Positions 7,063-10,457 of a stretch of DNA of 10,457 nucleotides are shown here, piece by piece. Both the position numbers and the translations under genes were made by a program. Below the pieces are notes generated by a model that was not told the DNA's origin, did no database searches, and saw only the letters and a program-made list of their open reading frames with translations. This DNA comes from a bacterium (lineage in GTDB: Bacteria > JAHJDO01), in assembly GCA_043824255.1 (NCBI GenBank), contig JBDRTG010000051.1, positions 1 to 10,457 on the forward strand, given 5' to 3'. Each line of letters opens with the position of its first letter. The first letter of the stretch is position 1.

Positions 7063-7097
7063 TAAACCATTTCCTCCTTATCTATTCAGGCGGATTT

Positions 7098-10000
7098 TTA
7101 ACAATGATATTCCTGAATAGATTTTATTTCTATGTTCCCGTATTTTGCTGCTTCTATCCCCTCTACAGTTGCCAACGCAGCAGCAATTGTAGTAATGTAG
7201 GGAATTTTATGCTGGATAGCGGCTTTTCTAATATAGCTATCGTCATGTTTGCTTTCCCTGCCTACCGGAGTATTGATTATCATCTGTATGCGCTTGTTGT
7301 GAATATCATCTGTTATATTGGGGCGGCCTTCATGCAACTTTACTGCTAGATGAGGTTCTATGCCACCCCTTTCCAGATAGGCCTTTGTCCCTTTCGTCGC
7401 CAGTATCTTAAAACCTAATTTACTAAACTTACTCGCTATTTCGAGAATATACTTCTTATCTTTATTAGATACTGAAATCAGAACTGTCCCTTCAGTAGGT
7501 AACTTCACACCTACAGCTTCCTGGGCTTTGTAAAACGCCAGTCCAAATGAAGACGCGATACCCATCACCTCTCCTGTTGCCTTCATTTCGGGCCCCAGAA
7601 TAGGGTCAACAGCAGGAAACAGATTAAAAGGAACCACAGCTTCTTTTACGCCAATATGAGAGATTTCCTTTTTATCTGCAGGGATTATGTCTTTTAACTT
7701 TTTGCCTAATAAAACCTGTGTTGCTATTTTTGCCATTGATATGCCCATAACCTTACTTACTATAGGGACAGTTCGTGAAGCCCTGGGATTGGCCTCTAAT
7801 ATATAAATTTTCCCTTCTGCTATAGCGTACTGGATGTTCATAAGCCCAATTACCTTAAGCGTATTGGCAATCTTTTTTGTGTAGTCTTTTAGAATAGTGA
7901 GATTTTCTTTTGAAATATTCCGTGAAGGAATCACACAAGCACTATCTCCAGAGTGAATTCCAGCAAGCTCTATATGTTCCATTACTGCCGGAATATATAC
8001 ATCCTCACCATCGGAAATAGCGTCAACTTCAACTTCAATAGCCTGCTCTAAGAATTTATCAATCAACATCGGATATTCCGGGCTAACTTCTATAGCTGTT
8101 TTCACATAACCTAAAAGCATCTTCTCGTTATACACAACCTGCATACCCCTTCCACCCAGGACAAAAGAAGGCCGTATCATTAAAGGGTATCCTATTTTAT
8201 TAGCCACAGCCAGCGCATCATCCACTGAACAGGCAACGCCACTTTCAGGCTGAGGGATATTAAGTGATTGTATTATCTCCTTAAATTTCTGCCTATCCTC
8301 GGCCAGATGTATACTCTCAGGACTTGTGCCTAGAATCTTTACACCAGCTTCGTGAAGTTCCTTTGCTATATTTAAAGGAGTCTGCCCTCCAAACTGCACG
8401 ATTACACCTTCGGGTTTTTCTTTTTCATAAATACTTAATACATCTTCTACTGTCAAGGGTTCAAAGTAGAGTTTGTTGGATGTGTCGTAATCAGTGGAAA
8501 CAGTTTCAGGGTTGCAATTGACCATTATTGACTCAACCCCTTCTTCACGTAATGTAAAAGCAGCGTGAACACAGGTATAATCAAACTCTATACCCTGGCC
8601 GATGCGGTTAGGTCCACCACCTAAAATCATTATCTTGCGCTTAGGCGATGTGCTAACCGAATCTTTAGCATTGTATGTTGAAAAATAATAGGCAGCATCA
8701 GCGCCACTTACCGGCACTGCTTCATATGCCGCTATCTTCCCCGCATTAAGCCGCCGGATGCGAATTTCTTTTTCTGTCTTGCCTAAAGTTTGAGCAAGAT
8801 ATCTATCTGAAAAACCGCTCTCCTTAGCTTTTATAAGCAAATCTTGGGGTAAATTTTTGCTAATAAACTTTCTTATCTTTTCTTCAAATTCTACCAACTC
8901 CTGCATCTGCTTGATAAACCACTTATTAATTTTGGTCATCTCATAAAGCTCATCAATAGGCATACCTTTGCGCAATGCTTCATATATTAAGAAAATGCGT
9001 TCGCTTGAGGGATTAACTAATTTTGCTTTAATTTCGAAAAGAGAAAGCGATGCAAAATCCTTAGCTCCTCCCAGACCATATCTTTTAATCTCCAGGGAGC
9101 GTATTGCCTTTTGAAATGCCTCCTTGAAATTTTTGCCTATACTCATCACCTCACCTACAGCCTGCATCTGCGTGAAAAGCTTATCTTCAGCCTGAGGAAA
9201 TTTTTCAAATGCCCACCGGGGGAATTTTACCACCACATAATCACCGCTTGGCGTATACTTATCAAGCGTACCTTCCTTCCAGTAAGGGAGCTCATCAAGG
9301 GTTATGCCCACTGCTAATTTTGCTGATATGCGGGCAATAGGAAAACCTGTTGCCTTTGAAGCTAAGGCTGAAGAACGTGAAGTGCGGGGGTTAATTTCAA
9401 TAATAACAACTCTTGAGTCTTGCGGATTATAAGCAAATTGCACATTACAGCCGCCTAATACACCTATTGCCTCAACAATCCTGTAAGACATCTCCTGAAG
9501 TCTTTCTTGCAATTCTTTTGATGCTGTAAGCATTGGCGCAACACAAAAGCTATCCCCGGTATGCACACCCATTGGGTCAACATTTTCAATAAAACAAACT
9601 GTAATCTTGTTGCCTTTTGCGTCCCTAACCACTTCGAGTTCATGTTCTTCCCAGCCTAAAACCGATTCTTCTACAAGCACCTGGCCTATTGGACTTGCTG
9701 ATAATCCCCTGGCAACAATTATTCTCAGTTCTTCTGTGTTATAAGCAATGCCTCCGCCTGTTCCTCCCATAGTATATGCAGGCCTTAGAACCACAGGATA
9801 TTTAAGTTCCTGAGTAATTCTTTCTGCCTCCTCAATAGAATATGCAGGCGAACTTTTAGGCACAGGAATATTAAGTTTAGCCATTGTCTCTTTAAAGGTA
9901 ATTCTATCTTCCCCTTTTTGTATAGCGTCTTGTCTTACACCGATCAGTTCAACATTATATTTATCTAATATCCCTTCTTTGCTAAGTTCGGATGAAAGAT

Positions 10001-10289
10001 TGAGCGCGGTCTGGCCGCCAAGGTTAGGAAGCAAGGCATCTGGTCTTTCCTTGATAATTATCTTTTCCATATTCTCAATGGTAAGCGGTTCAATATAGGT
10101 TTTGTCAGCCATTTGAGGGTCAGTCATAATAGTAGCAGGATTAGAATTCACTAAAACAACCTCATAGCCTTCCTCTTTAAGTGCTTTACAAGCCTGTGTT
10201 CCTGAATAATCAAACTCGCAGGCCTGGCCAATAATTATAGGGCCGGAGCCAATAACCATTATCTTTTTAATATCCGTTCTCTTAGGCAT
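7098..10289 (-). CDS. carB: Carbamoyl-phosphate synthase large subunit
   Basis: 1063 aa starting MPKRTDIKKIMVIGSGPIIIGQACEFDYSG. Two ATP-grasp halves (IEINPRTSRSS and LEANPRASRT) and a C-terminal MGS-like domain. AGGAGG Shine-Dalgarno upstream. Confidence 0.98.
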   Translation of the reverse strand: MPKRTDIKKIMVIGSGPIIIGQACEFDYSGTQACKALKEEGYEVVLVNSNPATIMTDPQMADKTYIEPLTIENMEKIIIKERPDALLPNLGGQTALNLSSELSKEGILDKYNVELIGVRQDAIQKGEDRITFKETMAKLNIPVPKSSPAYSIEEAERITQELKYPVVLRPAYTMGGTGGGIAYNTEELRIIVARGLSASPIGQVLVEESVLGWEEHELEVVRDAKGNKITVCFIENVDPMGVHTGDSFCVAPMLTASKELQERLQEMSYRIVEAIGVLGGCNVQFAYNPQDSRVVIIEINPRTSRSSALASKATGFPIARISAKLAVGITLDELPYWKEGTLDKYTPSGDYVVVKFPRWAFEKFPQAEDKLFTQMQAVGEVMSIGKNFKEAFQKAIRSLEIKRYGLGGAKDFASLSLFEIKAKLVNPSSERIFLIYEALRKGMPIDELYEMTKINKWFIKQMQELVEFEEKIRKFISKNLPQDLLIKAKESGFSDRYLAQTLGKTEKEIRIRRLNAGKIAAYEAVPVSGADAAYYFSTYNAKDSVSTSPKRKIMILGGGPNRIGQGIEFDYTCVHAAFTLREEGVESIMVNCNPETVSTDYDTSNKLYFEPLTVEDVLSIYEKEKPEGVIVQFGGQTPLNIAKELHEAGVKILGTSPESIHLAEDRQKFKEIIQSLNIPQPESGVACSVDDALAVANKIGYPLMIRPSFVLGGRGMQVVYNEKMLLGYVKTAIEVSPEYPMLIDKFLEQAIEVEVDAISDGEDVYIPAVMEHIELAGIHSGDSACVIPSRNISKENLTILKDYTKKIANTLKVIGLMNIQYAIAEGKIYILEANPRASRTVPIVSKVMGISMAKIATQVLLGKKLKDIIPADKKEISHIGVKEAVVPFNLFPAVDPILGPEMKATGEVMGIASSFGLAFYKAQEAVGVKLPTEGTVLISVSNKDKKYILEIASKFSKLGFKILATKGTKAYLERGGIEPHLAVKLHEGRPNITDDIHNKRIQMIINTPVGRESKHDDSYIRKAAIQHKIPYITTIAAALATVEGIEAAKYGNIEIKSIQEYHC

Positions 10290-10376
10290 TTACTTTCTCC
10301 TCCTTTTCTTATCCTTTATAGTCTCCTGTAAAATTCACAACTCACTGTTACACAGGAAGTTGCAAACATTAATTTC

Positions 10377-10405
10377 TTGACTTTCCCCTCCAGCCTTGAT
10401 ATAAT
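10377..10405 (+). promoter_or_regulatory. Near-consensus sigma70 promoter, divergent from carB
   Basis: TTGACT (10377-10382), 17 bp, TATAAT (10400-10405), with an extended -10 TG at 10397-10398. The window ends AAAGGAAAAGTCAT, consistent with an RBS and an ATG starting at 10456. Confidence 0.8.
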
Positions 10406-10457
10406 GTAACTGCTTCTCAAATAATAAGTTACAACAAAAACCGAAAGGAAAAGTCAT

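Noticed and set aside
7062..7070. Mini-ORF ATG GTT TAA overlapping the purB start
   Set aside because: Only 2 nt from the SD, which better fits the purB ATG; probably incidental.
7041..9317. ORFs 7041-7349, 8324-8521 and 9111-9317 (+)
   Set aside because: Antisense shadows of purB/carB.

Overview
AT-rich host region carrying a minus-strand gene cluster: carB - purB - panD - small-multidrug-export-like membrane protein - small CxxCxxCC protein. A strong divergent sigma70 promoter lies at the right edge. A ~4.08 kb Tn3-family transposon (1573-5655) has inserted into codons 2-4 of panD, splitting it from its start codon and RBS. The element carries only a FimB/FimE-type tyrosine recombinase coupled to a 965-aa Tn3 transposase. 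Its inverted repeats are 180 bp (174/180 identical), and their identity stops just past the 6-bp spacer of a 13-6-13 recombinase-type core site present in inverted orientation at both ends. About ten copies of the 13-bp arm motif are arranged around the two ends. This suggests a transposon with an invertible or exchangeable core and non-canonical termini and target duplication. At the left edge, a probable second element end (GGGGTTCTAGACA..., position 185 reading leftwards) appears to truncate the CxxCxxCC gene and has its own palindromic sites.
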